64,000 nt of DNA from Candidatus Bathyarchaeia archaeon (lineage in GTDB: Archaea > Thermoproteota > Bathyarchaeia > Bathyarchaeales > Bathycorpusculaceae). The stretch is taken from NCBI GenBank assembly GCA_049969855.1, contig JBMFOB010000001.1, positions 1 to 64,000 on the forward strand, in the 5' to 3' direction. Position 1 is the stretch's first letter. Each line of letters starts with the position of its first letter. Of the stretch, positions 1-9,118 are shown piece by piece. The translations under genes and the position numbers were made by a program. The notes beneath the pieces were generated by a model. It did not search any database and was not told the DNA's origin. It saw only the letters and a list, made by a program, of their open reading frames with translations.

Positions 1-657
1 GTTGAAGACCCAACGAGATTCGGCATAGCAGTACTAGATGAAAAAGACAACGTCGTCAAACTAATCGAAAAACCAAAAACTCCGCCAAGCAACCTAGCCC
101 TAGTAGGCGTTTACATTTTCTCAAACAAAATCCACAAAGCCATAGAACGAATAAAACCTTCATGGCGAGGAGAACTAGAAATAACAGACGCCATACAAGA
201 AATGGTAAACCAAGGCTGGAAAGTGAAAGCTGAAAAACTTGACACTTGGTGGCTTGACACAGGCAAAAAAGACGACATATTATACGCTAACGCCAAAATC
301 CTAGACGAATACATAAAACAGGAAATAAAAGGCGAAACTATAGAAAGCAAAATTGAAGGAAGAGCCACAATACAAAAAGGCGCAAAAATAATAAACAGCA
401 CAATAAGGGGACCCGCCATAATAGGCGAAAACTGCACAATCCAAAACTCATTCATAGGGCCATACACAAGCATAGGAAACAACACAACCATAACAGAAAG
501 CTCAATCGAATACAGCGTAATCCTAGAAAACACCCAAATCAAAAACATAGACCACCTAGAAGAAAGCCTCATAGGCAGAAACGCAAAAGTAACAAAAAAC
601 AGCAGAAAAGGAACCATAAAACTTCACATAGGAGACTACTCAGAAGTCGAAGTCTAA
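1..657 (+). CDS. rmlA: Glucose-1-phosphate thymidylyltransferase (archaeal long form), 5'-truncated by window edge
   Basis: Frame open from base 1: VEDPTRFGIAVLDEKDNVVKLIEKPKTPPSNLALVGVYIF...RGELEITDAIQ...WWLDTGK, followed by hexapeptide LbH repeats; sits in an rml cluster. Confidence 0.9.
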   Translation, partial: VEDPTRFGIAVLDEKDNVVKLIEKPKTPPSNLALVGVYIFSNKIHKAIERIKPSWRGELEITDAIQEMVNQGWKVKAEKLDTWWLDTGKKDDILYANAKILDEYIKQEIKGETIESKIEGRATIQKGAKIINSTIRGPAIIGENCTIQNSFIGPYTSIGNNTTITESSIEYSVILENTQIKNIDHLEESLIGRNAKVTKNSRKGTIKLHIGDYSEVEV

Positions 658-677
658 ACCAAGAAAAAGGTAATAAA

Positions 678-929
678 ATGAAAAAAATGGTGAAGTTTAC
701 TCCACACGCTAAAGAAAAACTTAGAAGACTAATAAAATTACAGGTCACTAAACAAAAAGTCATTGAAGCCATTGAAAACCCCGAAATCCTCACAGCAGGC
801 TATTTCGGACGGAAAATTGCTCAATCAAAACTTACACCCGAACTAGTATTAAGAGTCGTCTATGAAGAAATAGATAATAAGCTCTGGATAATAACAATTT
901 ATCCAGCTAAGAGGGAAAGGTACATATGA
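678..929 (+). CDS. DUF4258-like (RelE-fold) putative toxin
   Basis: 83 aa, FTPHAKEKL...LRVVYE...IITIYP pattern; overlaps downstream partner gene by 4 nt. Confidence 0.7.
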   Translation: MKKMVKFTPHAKEKLRRLIKLQVTKQKVIEAIENPEILTAGYFGRKIAQSKLTPELVLRVVYEEIDNKLWIITIYPAKRERYI

Positions 930-1147
930 AAATAACTTATGATGGAGTCGGCGACACACTGAGCATCCTCATAAAAAAAGAACAAATAGCCTATGGAGAA
1001 GAACATGGACCCGTCATTGTAAACTACAACGAAAAGGGGAAACCCGTTGAAATTGAAATACTAAATGCCAGCAAATTCTTAGGCGAATTTTTATCAACCA
1101 TCATCAAAGCAAAAGCCGGAGAAAAACAATTAGAAATAACCGCATGA
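926..1147 (+). CDS. DUF2283-family putative antitoxin
   Basis: MKITYD..GDTLSI...G.PVEIEILNAS pattern typical of DUF2283. Confidence 0.75.
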   Translation: MKITYDGVGDTLSILIKKEQIAYGEEHGPVIVNYNEKGKPVEIEILNASKFLGEFLSTIIKAKAGEKQLEITA

Positions 1148-1236
1148 AACAGCCAACCTTAAACAAAAATGGATAAGAGACAAATCTTTTATAACATAGC
1201 CCAAGAAAACCTATCCATAACCATAGAGGTACAAAT

Positions 1237-1752
1237 ATGAAAGAATATTCGCTTAAAGGAGTAAAAGTTCAAGAAATAAACATAATACCAGACGAAAGAG
1301 GCTTTTTCGCAGAAGCCCTAAGGCAAGACTGGAAAGACCTAATCGAAGAAGAATGGATAGTGCAGACAAATATAAGCTACAGCTATCCAAACATCGTCAG
1401 AGCATGGCACAAACATGAAAAAGGACAAGTGGATTACTTCCTCGTTTTAAAAGGCGCTATGAAAATCTGTGCTTATGAGGAGGAAACTGGGAAGATGGTT
1501 GAGATCATAGCCAGCGGAGAAAAACCCTCCATAGTGCGAATACCTGGAAAATACTTGCATGGAACCAAAACAGTCAGCAACACGCCTTCCCTAACGGTGT
1601 ATTTTGTCACAAAACTTTATGATTACAAGAACCCAGATGAAAAACGCAGGCCATGGAACGACCCAAAAATAATCCCAACAGAAATAAACGGCAAAAAAGA
1701 TGACCCAAGAGTCGGCAAACCATGGGACTGGTTCCAACCACCACACAAATAG
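1237..1752 (+). CDS. rmlC: dTDP-4-dehydrorhamnose 3,5-epimerase family (cupin)
   Basis: DERGFFAE, QTNISYS, RAWHKH, IPGKYLHG motifs. Confidence 0.88.
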   Translation: MKEYSLKGVKVQEINIIPDERGFFAEALRQDWKDLIEEEWIVQTNISYSYPNIVRAWHKHEKGQVDYFLVLKGAMKICAYEEETGKMVEIIASGEKPSIVRIPGKYLHGTKTVSNTPSLTVYFVTKLYDYKNPDEKRRPWNDPKIIPTEINGKKDDPRVGKPWDWFQPPHK

Positions 1753-1764
1753 GAGAAACAAACC

Positions 1765-2781
1765 TTGAAAGTATTAGTAACGGGTGGAGCAGGCTATATC
1801 GGTTCTATTCTTTCTCGACTTCTACTTGAGAAAGGCTACGATGTAACGTGTTTAGACAGACTATTTTTCGGAACAGACCCTATTAAAGATATAATGGACA
1901 AAATAAAACTAGTCAAAGATGACGTTAGATGGTTTAAGCCTGAAATCTTGAAGGGCATAGATGCAGTGTTTGATTTGGCTTCTCTTTCAAATGACCCAAG
2001 CGGAGAACTTGACCCTCAAAAAACTTTGGAGATAAACTATAAGGGAAGAGTGAGAGTAGCCAAGCTTTCGAAAAAACATGGAGTAGCCAGATATGTTTTA
2101 GCTAGCACATGCAGCGTTTACGGATTTCAGGAAGGCATTTTAACAGAAGAATCTAAGCTTAATCCACTAACAACGTATGCAAAGGCTAACGCACTCGCAG
2201 AAAAAGAAATCCTACCATTAGCAAGCAAGTCCTTTACAGTAACCGCCTTAAGACAAGCCACAGTTTATGGTTTTTCTCCAAGAATGAGGTTTGATTTGGC
2301 GATAAACGGCATGGTTCTGGGCTTCTTCAAAAATGGTAAAATACCAATAATGAGAGATGGCAAACAATGGCGCCCCTTCATCCACGTGAAAGATACATCA
2401 AATGCCTTCATCACCGTTTTGGAAGCAGACCAAGACCTTGTCAACAACCAAATTTTTAATGTTGGCAGTGATGAACAAAATGTTCAAATCTTCGATTTAG
2501 CAAAGCTTGTGGCGGAATCCATTAACTTGCCATTTAATTATGAGTGGTACGGTTCACCAGACACCAGAAGCTACAGAGTAAGCTTCAACAAAATAAAGGA
2601 AACATTAAACTTCAAGCCTCAATACACGCCAAAACATGGAGCAAAAGAAGTTTTCGACGCTCTAAAAGAAGGAAAATTAAACGCTGACGACCCAAGAACG
2701 ATAACGGTCAAATGGTACAAGCATCTGCTTGAAACTCACGCATTCATAAAGGACATCGAGATTAAAGGAGCAATCTTATGA
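1765..2781 (+). CDS. NAD-dependent nucleotide-sugar epimerase/dehydratase (extended SDR)
   Basis: TGGAGYIGS Rossmann motif, STCSVYG, WRPFIHVKD. Confidence 0.88.
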   Translation: MKVLVTGGAGYIGSILSRLLLEKGYDVTCLDRLFFGTDPIKDIMDKIKLVKDDVRWFKPEILKGIDAVFDLASLSNDPSGELDPQKTLEINYKGRVRVAKLSKKHGVARYVLASTCSVYGFQEGILTEESKLNPLTTYAKANALAEKEILPLASKSFTVTALRQATVYGFSPRMRFDLAINGMVLGFFKNGKIPIMRDGKQWRPFIHVKDTSNAFITVLEADQDLVNNQIFNVGSDEQNVQIFDLAKLVAESINLPFNYEWYGSPDTRSYRVSFNKIKETLNFKPQYTPKHGAKEVFDALKEGKLNADDPRTITVKWYKHLLETHAFIKDIEIKGAIL

Positions 2782-3641
2782 AAATAGTTGTCATAGGCTC
2801 AACAGGACAACTTGGCACAGACCTTATGAAAGCGTTAAAACAGGAACATGAAACAATAGGCTTAACACACCAAGACATAGAAGTGACCGATTATAATTCA
2901 TGCCAAATCTTGAAGAAACATCGCCCAGATGTTATTGTAAATACGGCTGCATTCCACAAAACCGACCAATGCGAAGAAGAACCCATAAAAACCTTTACAG
3001 TAAACGCCATAGGAGCAAAAAACATAGCTACAATATCAAAAGAAATTGAAGCAACAACCATATTCATAAGCACAGACTACGTCTTCGACGGCTCCAAAAG
3101 TGAGCCATACACAGAAGACGACCTTCCAAATCCAATTAACACTTATGGAATTTCAAAACTTGCCGGCGAACTCTACACAAAACAAAACCCTAAACATTAC
3201 ATCATCAGAGTTGCAAGCTTATTCGGTGTGGCTGGAGCCAGCGGCAAAGGCGGAAACTTTATCGAAACAATGATAGCTAAAGCCAAGAAAAATGAATCAA
3301 TAAGTGTTGTAGATGACATGTGGATGAGCCCAACATACACAAAAGACGCAGCCTCAACCGTAAAAAAGATAATAGAAGCAAAACTTCCTTTCGGAACATA
3401 CCACGCAACAAACCATGGCTACTGCACATGGTTCCAATTCGCAAAAGAAATATTCAAAATCACAAACCTAAACCCAACTCTAACACCTATCAAAACTAAC
3501 CAGCTTCAAATGAAAGCAAATAGACCACAATTTTCACCATTAAAAAGCATAAAACTTCCAAAATACGGCATAAAAATGAGAGATTGGAAAGAAGCCCTCT
3601 ATGACTACTTAGTTGAGAAAGGTCATATAAGCCCAAAGTGA
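2778..3641 (+). CDS. rmlD: dTDP-4-dehydrorhamnose reductase
   Basis: GSTGQLG, ISTDYVFDG, YGISK, SPTY motifs. Confidence 0.92.
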   Translation: MKIVVIGSTGQLGTDLMKALKQEHETIGLTHQDIEVTDYNSCQILKKHRPDVIVNTAAFHKTDQCEEEPIKTFTVNAIGAKNIATISKEIEATTIFISTDYVFDGSKSEPYTEDDLPNPINTYGISKLAGELYTKQNPKHYIIRVASLFGVAGASGKGGNFIETMIAKAKKNESISVVDDMWMSPTYTKDAASTVKKIIEAKLPFGTYHATNHGYCTWFQFAKEIFKITNLNPTLTPIKTNQLQMKANRPQFSPLKSIKLPKYGIKMRDWKEALYDYLVEKGHISPK

Positions 3642-3670
3642 ATAACTATTTCATGTAAGGTGAAAACAAG

Positions 3671-4606
3671 TTGCACATTGCCCAAATCGGAACAGGACGC
3701 GTAGGACGCCCCACAGCCTATACTATCATGTGCGCAGAACTTGCAGACACCATAACAGTATGTGATACGAAACCTGGGCTTGCCGCAGCCTTCGCCGAAG
3801 AGCTGAAACATGTCACAGCAAGTTTAGGGTTGGATGTAGAAATAAACGCTTGCGAAAAAGACGAGGAAGTTACAGGAGCCGACATTATTCTAATATCAGC
3901 TGGAGAACCCAGAATCCCAGGAGTTAAAATGACTAGGCGAGACTTAGCAGTGCAAAACGCAAAAATAGTGAAGCATATCGCCGAAGTCACATCTCCAAAT
4001 AATCCAAGCGCAAAATACATTGTGATAACAAATCCCGTTGATGCAATGGCAATGGTTTGCAAGAAATATTCAAAGGCTCAATTCGTAATAAGCACTGGAA
4101 CAAACCTTGAATCCCTAAGATTTCGATCTAAATTGGCAGCAACATTAGAAGCACCAGTGTCCAAGGTTCAAGGGTGGGTTGGAGGAGAACACGGAGATGC
4201 CGCAGTTATCCTTTGGACCACAACAAAAGTGGATGGTCTTCCAGTGGAAAGGTATGCTAAGTCAAAAAACAAAGTTTTGCGCAAAGACGAAGTAGAGTCT
4301 TACATGAAGACTATATCAAAGTTTGTGATCGACAACATTGGAGGCACAGAGTATGGTCCCGCAGCATCCTTCAGAGATATTGTTAGAGCTATGGTAAAAA
4401 ATACGAGGGAAATCGTTTCTGTGGCAACTCCCATGAAGTTTGAGGGAATACCCGAACCAGTATTTGTTGGAACACCTGTAAAGCTTGGGCACTCCATTGG
4501 TCCTTCTTTATATGATATCCTTTCAAGCGAAGAAAAGAAGGGGATAGAGGAAGCGGCGAAGGCAATTTATCAAACATACCAAGTCGCAATTGAAAACATG
4601 GAATAA
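3671..4606 (+). CDS. Lactate/malate dehydrogenase family protein
   Basis: IGTGRVG, AGEPRIPG..TRRDL, TNPVD, GEHGD motifs. Confidence 0.85.
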   Translation: MHIAQIGTGRVGRPTAYTIMCAELADTITVCDTKPGLAAAFAEELKHVTASLGLDVEINACEKDEEVTGADIILISAGEPRIPGVKMTRRDLAVQNAKIVKHIAEVTSPNNPSAKYIVITNPVDAMAMVCKKYSKAQFVISTGTNLESLRFRSKLAATLEAPVSKVQGWVGGEHGDAAVILWTTTKVDGLPVERYAKSKNKVLRKDEVESYMKTISKFVIDNIGGTEYGPAASFRDIVRAMVKNTREIVSVATPMKFEGIPEPVFVGTPVKLGHSIGPSLYDILSSEEKKGIEEAAKAIYQTYQVAIENME

Positions 4607-4741
4607 AAACTACACTGTATTGCCATCATTTTTTATTTGCCAGTTTTTTATTGAATGCTAAGTGTTTTGAAACATCTGCTTCCCATATAATATTAAATAC
4701 CAAAAAATAGTATCCATGAACCAGCAAATAAAGGTGAACAA

Positions 4742-6226
4742 TTGACAAAAAACGAAATAAGACTGGAATACACGGGTTTCATCATATTTGCTGCTCAATT
4801 GCTCAGCGTAGGGACAGGTTTCCTTTTCCAGCTCATGATAACCCGTGTAACCAATCCAGCTGAATATGGCGTATGGTCAAATGTCAGTAAGGACGTATTA
4901 CCATATTTTACATTGATGGCTGGAGTGCTCCCCTTTTGGGCGTTAAGATTTACAGCGAGAGGAAAAGAGGGCGCAGTGAAAACGGGAATTATTGCAAACT
5001 TAACCATTTCATTAATTGCTGCCTCCGTGTACGCTCTATTGGTTCCGTTTATTGTTTCTATGCTCAATGTTGAGGAACACTTTTTCCTATATTTTGTAGC
5101 CACTACACAAATAGTGGAAATTTATGCTATAACCGCTTTTGAACAATGTCTTCAAGCGAAGAAACCGCATGTAATAGGGTATGGAGTGCTTTTAAGAGAA
5201 TTGTCCAAGATTTCTTTGGGTTATCTTTTTATAAATAGGCTTTACCTTCACGACCCCCTTTTTGGAGCCATGCTCAGCCTCATACTGGCATATACTATCC
5301 AATCAATGTATTATTTTAAGCTGTTGTCAAATGACTTAAAGCAGAAATTTCAGCGAAATTACTTGAAAGAGTGGCTGAAAGGTTCCGTCGTAAACATATA
5401 TAACGCTGTCGGCAACCAAATAGCATCCTTCATATTCATAATGTTATTTGTTTATGGCGGAGATATAGCGCGCGGTGATTACGGCGCCGCCTCACTAATA
5501 GCAACAATAATTAATTACTCTTCATATCTGGCTTTTGCTTTGTATCCGAAGTTGCTTGCTGAAGGAAAACATGAAGATGTAACATCGTCAATGAAAATTG
5601 TTTTCATGTTTGCTTTGCCCATGGCTGCTGGTGCAATGGTGCTTTCGGATTCCTATTTGACGATTCTAGGTTCTGATTATAGTGTAGCCACGCCAGTTTT
5701 GATTGTGCTTGCAATAGATGCGCTAGTGGCGACTATATCGGGAATATACAATACTGTGCTTATTGGATTTGAAAAAGTTGATGAAAAAGCGAAAATTTCA
5801 TTCAAAGAATTGTTAAAAAGCCGGTTGTTCATTGCGTTCTCTTTGCCCTATCTTCATTCAGCAATAACTATTCCAACAACATTCTATATGCTGACAACAT
5901 ACGTTCAAAATGACCCGTTGAAAGCTGCACTTTATGTGAGCGCCATTAATTCTGCTGCTCGTTTCGTCATGTTTCTCATTCAGTATGTTATTGTCCGCAG
6001 AATTGTTAGAATAGAAGTTCCATGGCGGAATATCGCAAAATATATTTTTGCTTCAGTTTTAATGGCGATAGCCCTATTTTTGCTTCCACATCCAACAACT
6101 ATAATGTTAACTTTTGTTGTGACAGCGATTGGTGGAATACTTTACTTGGTAGTGCTAATGGCTATTGATAGAGAAGCAAGAATTCTGGTTTCAAGAATAT
6201 TACAGATGATTAAAATTAAAGGTTAA
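4742..6226 (+). CDS. Polysaccharide/oligosaccharide flippase-like MOP-superfamily membrane protein
   Basis: 494 aa with about 12-14 hydrophobic segments; close to rml genes. Confidence 0.65.
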   Translation: MTKNEIRLEYTGFIIFAAQLLSVGTGFLFQLMITRVTNPAEYGVWSNVSKDVLPYFTLMAGVLPFWALRFTARGKEGAVKTGIIANLTISLIAASVYALLVPFIVSMLNVEEHFFLYFVATTQIVEIYAITAFEQCLQAKKPHVIGYGVLLRELSKISLGYLFINRLYLHDPLFGAMLSLILAYTIQSMYYFKLLSNDLKQKFQRNYLKEWLKGSVVNIYNAVGNQIASFIFIMLFVYGGDIARGDYGAASLIATIINYSSYLAFALYPKLLAEGKHEDVTSSMKIVFMFALPMAAGAMVLSDSYLTILGSDYSVATPVLIVLAIDALVATISGIYNTVLIGFEKVDEKAKISFKELLKSRLFIAFSLPYLHSAITIPTTFYMLTTYVQNDPLKAALYVSAINSAARFVMFLIQYVIVRRIVRIEVPWRNIAKYIFASVLMAIALFLLPHPTTIMLTFVVTAIGGILYLVVLMAIDREARILVSRILQMIKIKG

Positions 6227-7092
6227 GCGTTGTTGTTCCAAAGTTCGATGAAAAGAGTTTTTAAGGCTTTTACAAAAGCTTCGTAGTTTGTCCATAAGGC
6301 GGCTACCTTCTTTTTCCCATTGTCTTTTCTGATAAGCAAAAGCAGTTGGTCGTCTACGAGTATAAAAGTTGGAAGTTCTTCAGAGTTAGAAAGGGAATAC
6401 TTAGACTTTTTCACCTTCACTTTTTCGATGAAAAAGCAGCTTTTTGGAGAATAGTTGGTCAATAAGTGCACGTTTATGTTTTCCTTTGACATGGTTTCAA
6501 GTTTGTCTAGAAGCCCTGAATGGTAAAAGTTTGCGATGTCATGCTCAGAGGCGAAGACGAAAACTTCCTTTTCAGCATTATTTAGTATTTCATCCGCTTT
6601 CAAATTGATTTGTTCTTCGCCTTCTAACACTTGGAATACTTCTTTTCTTTCAGATTCTGTTTCTGGTTTTGGAAGGGAAAGCCAAAGGTCAACCAAGTTT
6701 CCCTTTTTCTTTTCTAAGAGACTTATTTTCATTTTTTTAGTTTCAATAAGTATGTCCAATGCCTTTTCAAACGGTGTGGCAATAAATTTTAAAGGTTTCT
6801 CAAAAACGGAGGAGATTAACCCCTTTTTCTCTAAATCACGCAAAATTCTGTAAGTTTCAGTTCTGTGAAGGGATAAAGCCTCAGAAATTTCACTTGCTTT
6901 GTGTTCGTTTGTTCTTGCAAGGTAAATGTAAACTTTTATCTCGTTCTTTGATAATCCAAGCCTATAAAGTGCCTTCTCAATGGTTTCTAAGGATTTTGGC
7001 GGTCCAGTATCTGCTTTTACGAATCGCCACATCCCTGAATTTTCATCGTATAGTTTTACGATGTTTTGGGGTTTGTCAACAGATAGTTCCAT
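6223..7092 (-). CDS. TrmB-family transcriptional regulator
   Basis: LGLSKNEIKVYIYL...ASEISEALSLHRTETYRILRDLEKKGLI wHTH followed by effector-binding domain. Confidence 0.88.
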   Translation of the reverse strand: MELSVDKPQNIVKLYDENSGMWRFVKADTGPPKSLETIEKALYRLGLSKNEIKVYIYLARTNEHKASEISEALSLHRTETYRILRDLEKKGLISSVFEKPLKFIATPFEKALDILIETKKMKISLLEKKKGNLVDLWLSLPKPETESERKEVFQVLEGEEQINLKADEILNNAEKEVFVFASEHDIANFYHSGLLDKLETMSKENINVHLLTNYSPKSCFFIEKVKVKKSKYSLSNSEELPTFILVDDQLLLLIRKDNGKKKVAALWTNYEAFVKALKTLFIELWNNNA

Positions 7093-7276
7093 TTTGACCC
7101 TCTAACAGCCTTGCTCCTTATTCAGACTCCGAGTTAGAATCGTTCTACTCAAGCGCTATATTTTATACTTCTGAATTCGAAATCTGAATCTAAAATCAAC
7201 ATTCCAAAGTTTTTAAGCAACAAAGTATAAACCAATAAAACAGCAGACACGCCATATTCCATGAGGGGAAGGGAGA

Positions 7277-7750
7277 ATGCAAAGTAAACAAGGCTCTGCA
7301 TTATGCTTCAAACATTTTCTATTACCAAGAAAAAACCATTGGCTAAAAAGAACAGCATTACTTTTTGCCTTCATAATGTTCGATTATTTAGTAACACTTG
7401 CCTATTGCCGCATCCCTCAAGAAGAAGCCAATCCATATGCAAGAGCTTTTATGGAAAATTTCGGCATCCCCTTTGGATTGACACTTTTTGTTTTGGCGGC
7501 TAACTTGCCAATTTACATGATTTTAAGCCTAGATTCTCATGTTATAAAGTTTCCATTTAAAATGGCTGTCACCATTGAAACTTTGGTTGACGTTGTGTTT
7601 GCATGGTTTGTTGCTGGACTGCATTTCAGTGGCGGTTCAAGTTGGGTTTGGTTCGCTCCAGATTGGACACGACAGACTTTCGGCGCTCTTTTGTATTTAC
7701 TCATGGCTTTCCTAATTGTTAAACCTCACAAACCAGCCTACGCCATCTAA
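7277..7750 (+). CDS. Small multi-pass membrane protein (DUF5658-like)
   Basis: About 4 TM segments with D..T and EANP motif. Confidence 0.55.
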   Translation: MQSKQGSALCFKHFLLPRKNHWLKRTALLFAFIMFDYLVTLAYCRIPQEEANPYARAFMENFGIPFGLTLFVLAANLPIYMILSLDSHVIKFPFKMAVTIETLVDVVFAWFVAGLHFSGGSSWVWFAPDWTRQTFGALLYLLMAFLIVKPHKPAYAI

Positions 7751-7853
7751 TAACCTGGTTAGTGTGTAACAGTTCACAACATACTAACTCTATTATCTTT
7801 TAACATTTGATTACTCTGCAGAGTTCATTATCGAAGAACATGGGAGATTCTAT

Positions 7854-8531
7854 ATGGAAGCCAAAAACGTAAAACCTAAAACAAGCACAGAACAAGCGCA
7901 AGCGCCACCGCCAAAACAAGAAAGCCAAAGTGAGGTTGTTGAAGAAACATACTTTTTCCATCCTGTCCAGTTATCAGAAGAAAGCGAAGAAATTTTAGAC
8001 GAGAAAGAAATAGAAAAGTCTAAAGTTGAAATTGAACAGAAACTTCAGGAATTTCTGAAGAGCATAAGTGAAGAAACGTTACAGCTAAGCGAGTTTCTGA
8101 TTGAAGAGAAAACCCTAATCAATGAGCTTTGCGTGTCTATTAAGCATATTCTCAAAAAACTTAATGTTTCCTTTAACATTCCTCCACAAAACATACCCTT
8201 CAGAAAGAAGATTAAAAAAGTAATTTTGAACGAAGAGGGACACTTAATACTTGTTCATGAAAAGGGCGAAGTTAACTCGGCTTTTCTGGCAGAGTATCCG
8301 CCTGAAATTGTTATGGCTGTGCTATGGGTTATATTGCCAGAGCTGGCGAAAGTTATAATGCTGTATAGGAAGAAAATAAGCACAAGAGTCAACTTCTTTG
8401 GAAAACTAAAGAAAGAACTAAAAGGCGTTGCAAAGGCTATAGTTGGAGGCAAAGAGGAAACCGCCACTTCAAGCGAAGAACACACCATGGATGTTGTGAA
8501 AGAATCCGTAACGACAGAAAATCAAAGCTAA
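7854..8531 (+). CDS. Hypothetical protein, coiled-coil rich
   Basis: 225-aa ORF with normal composition; no recognised motif. Confidence 0.7.
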   Translation: MEAKNVKPKTSTEQAQAPPPKQESQSEVVEETYFFHPVQLSEESEEILDEKEIEKSKVEIEQKLQEFLKSISEETLQLSEFLIEEKTLINELCVSIKHILKKLNVSFNIPPQNIPFRKKIKKVILNEEGHLILVHEKGEVNSAFLAEYPPEIVMAVLWVILPELAKVIMLYRKKISTRVNFFGKLKKELKGVAKAIVGGKEETATSSEEHTMDVVKESVTTENQS

Positions 8532-8536
8532 ACTCT

Positions 8537-9091
8537 TTGCTGGTGCTGTTTTTGAATGGATTTTTAACTGAAATCCGAACTTTCTATTCGCTTAAAGAAA
8601 TAAGAGAAATAGTAGAAGCTGGAATAAGCCAACATAAGTTATTGCTTGAGGACTACAGTCAATGGTTAGGAAGCCTTCTAAGAAATCCAGAATCATCAAA
8701 GAATCAAGAGCAAACGAAAAAAATTGCTGAACTTCAAAAGGTTCTGAGGACTGGAGGCAGAAAAGGAAATAGAAAAGAAGAGAAAAAAACTGGCATTTCC
8801 ACAGAATGGGTCCAGTTTAAAGACATTATGCTCTCTGCAGATGCATTAGGAGAGGCTGAAGTTCTCTTCGAAGCTATTGAAGGGTTAAAAAACAAGATCG
8901 ACAGGTTGGAGAAAGCAAAAAACTCGATAATCGATTTAGAACGTTATGGTTTGGGAAAAGAGTTGCTTTACATAGCCTTCATACGTGATGGAGTGCCGGA
9001 GAAAATAGTTTTCAAACCAAAGAAAGGCTTTGGTGTTCCCGAAAAATTCGAGTTCGAAGCAGACTTCTCAGTTGCAGAACAAACTTCCTAG
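8537..9091 (+). CDS. Hypothetical protein, coiled-coil
   Basis: 184-aa ORF directly downstream of the previous gene; start codon uncertain. Confidence 0.65.
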   Translation: MLVLFLNGFLTEIRTFYSLKEIREIVEAGISQHKLLLEDYSQWLGSLLRNPESSKNQEQTKKIAELQKVLRTGGRKGNRKEEKKTGISTEWVQFKDIMLSADALGEAEVLFEAIEGLKNKIDRLEKAKNSIIDLERYGLGKELLYIAFIRDGVPEKIVFKPKKGFGVPEKFEFEADFSVAEQTS

Positions 9092-9118
9092 AAAAGGTTC
9101 ACACGCACGCACCGCATT

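Noticed and set aside
111-617. 168-aa hydrophobic minus-strand ORF, and similar antisense ORFs throughout the window
   Set aside because: Shadow ORFs arising from the A-rich codon bias of real genes on the opposite strand
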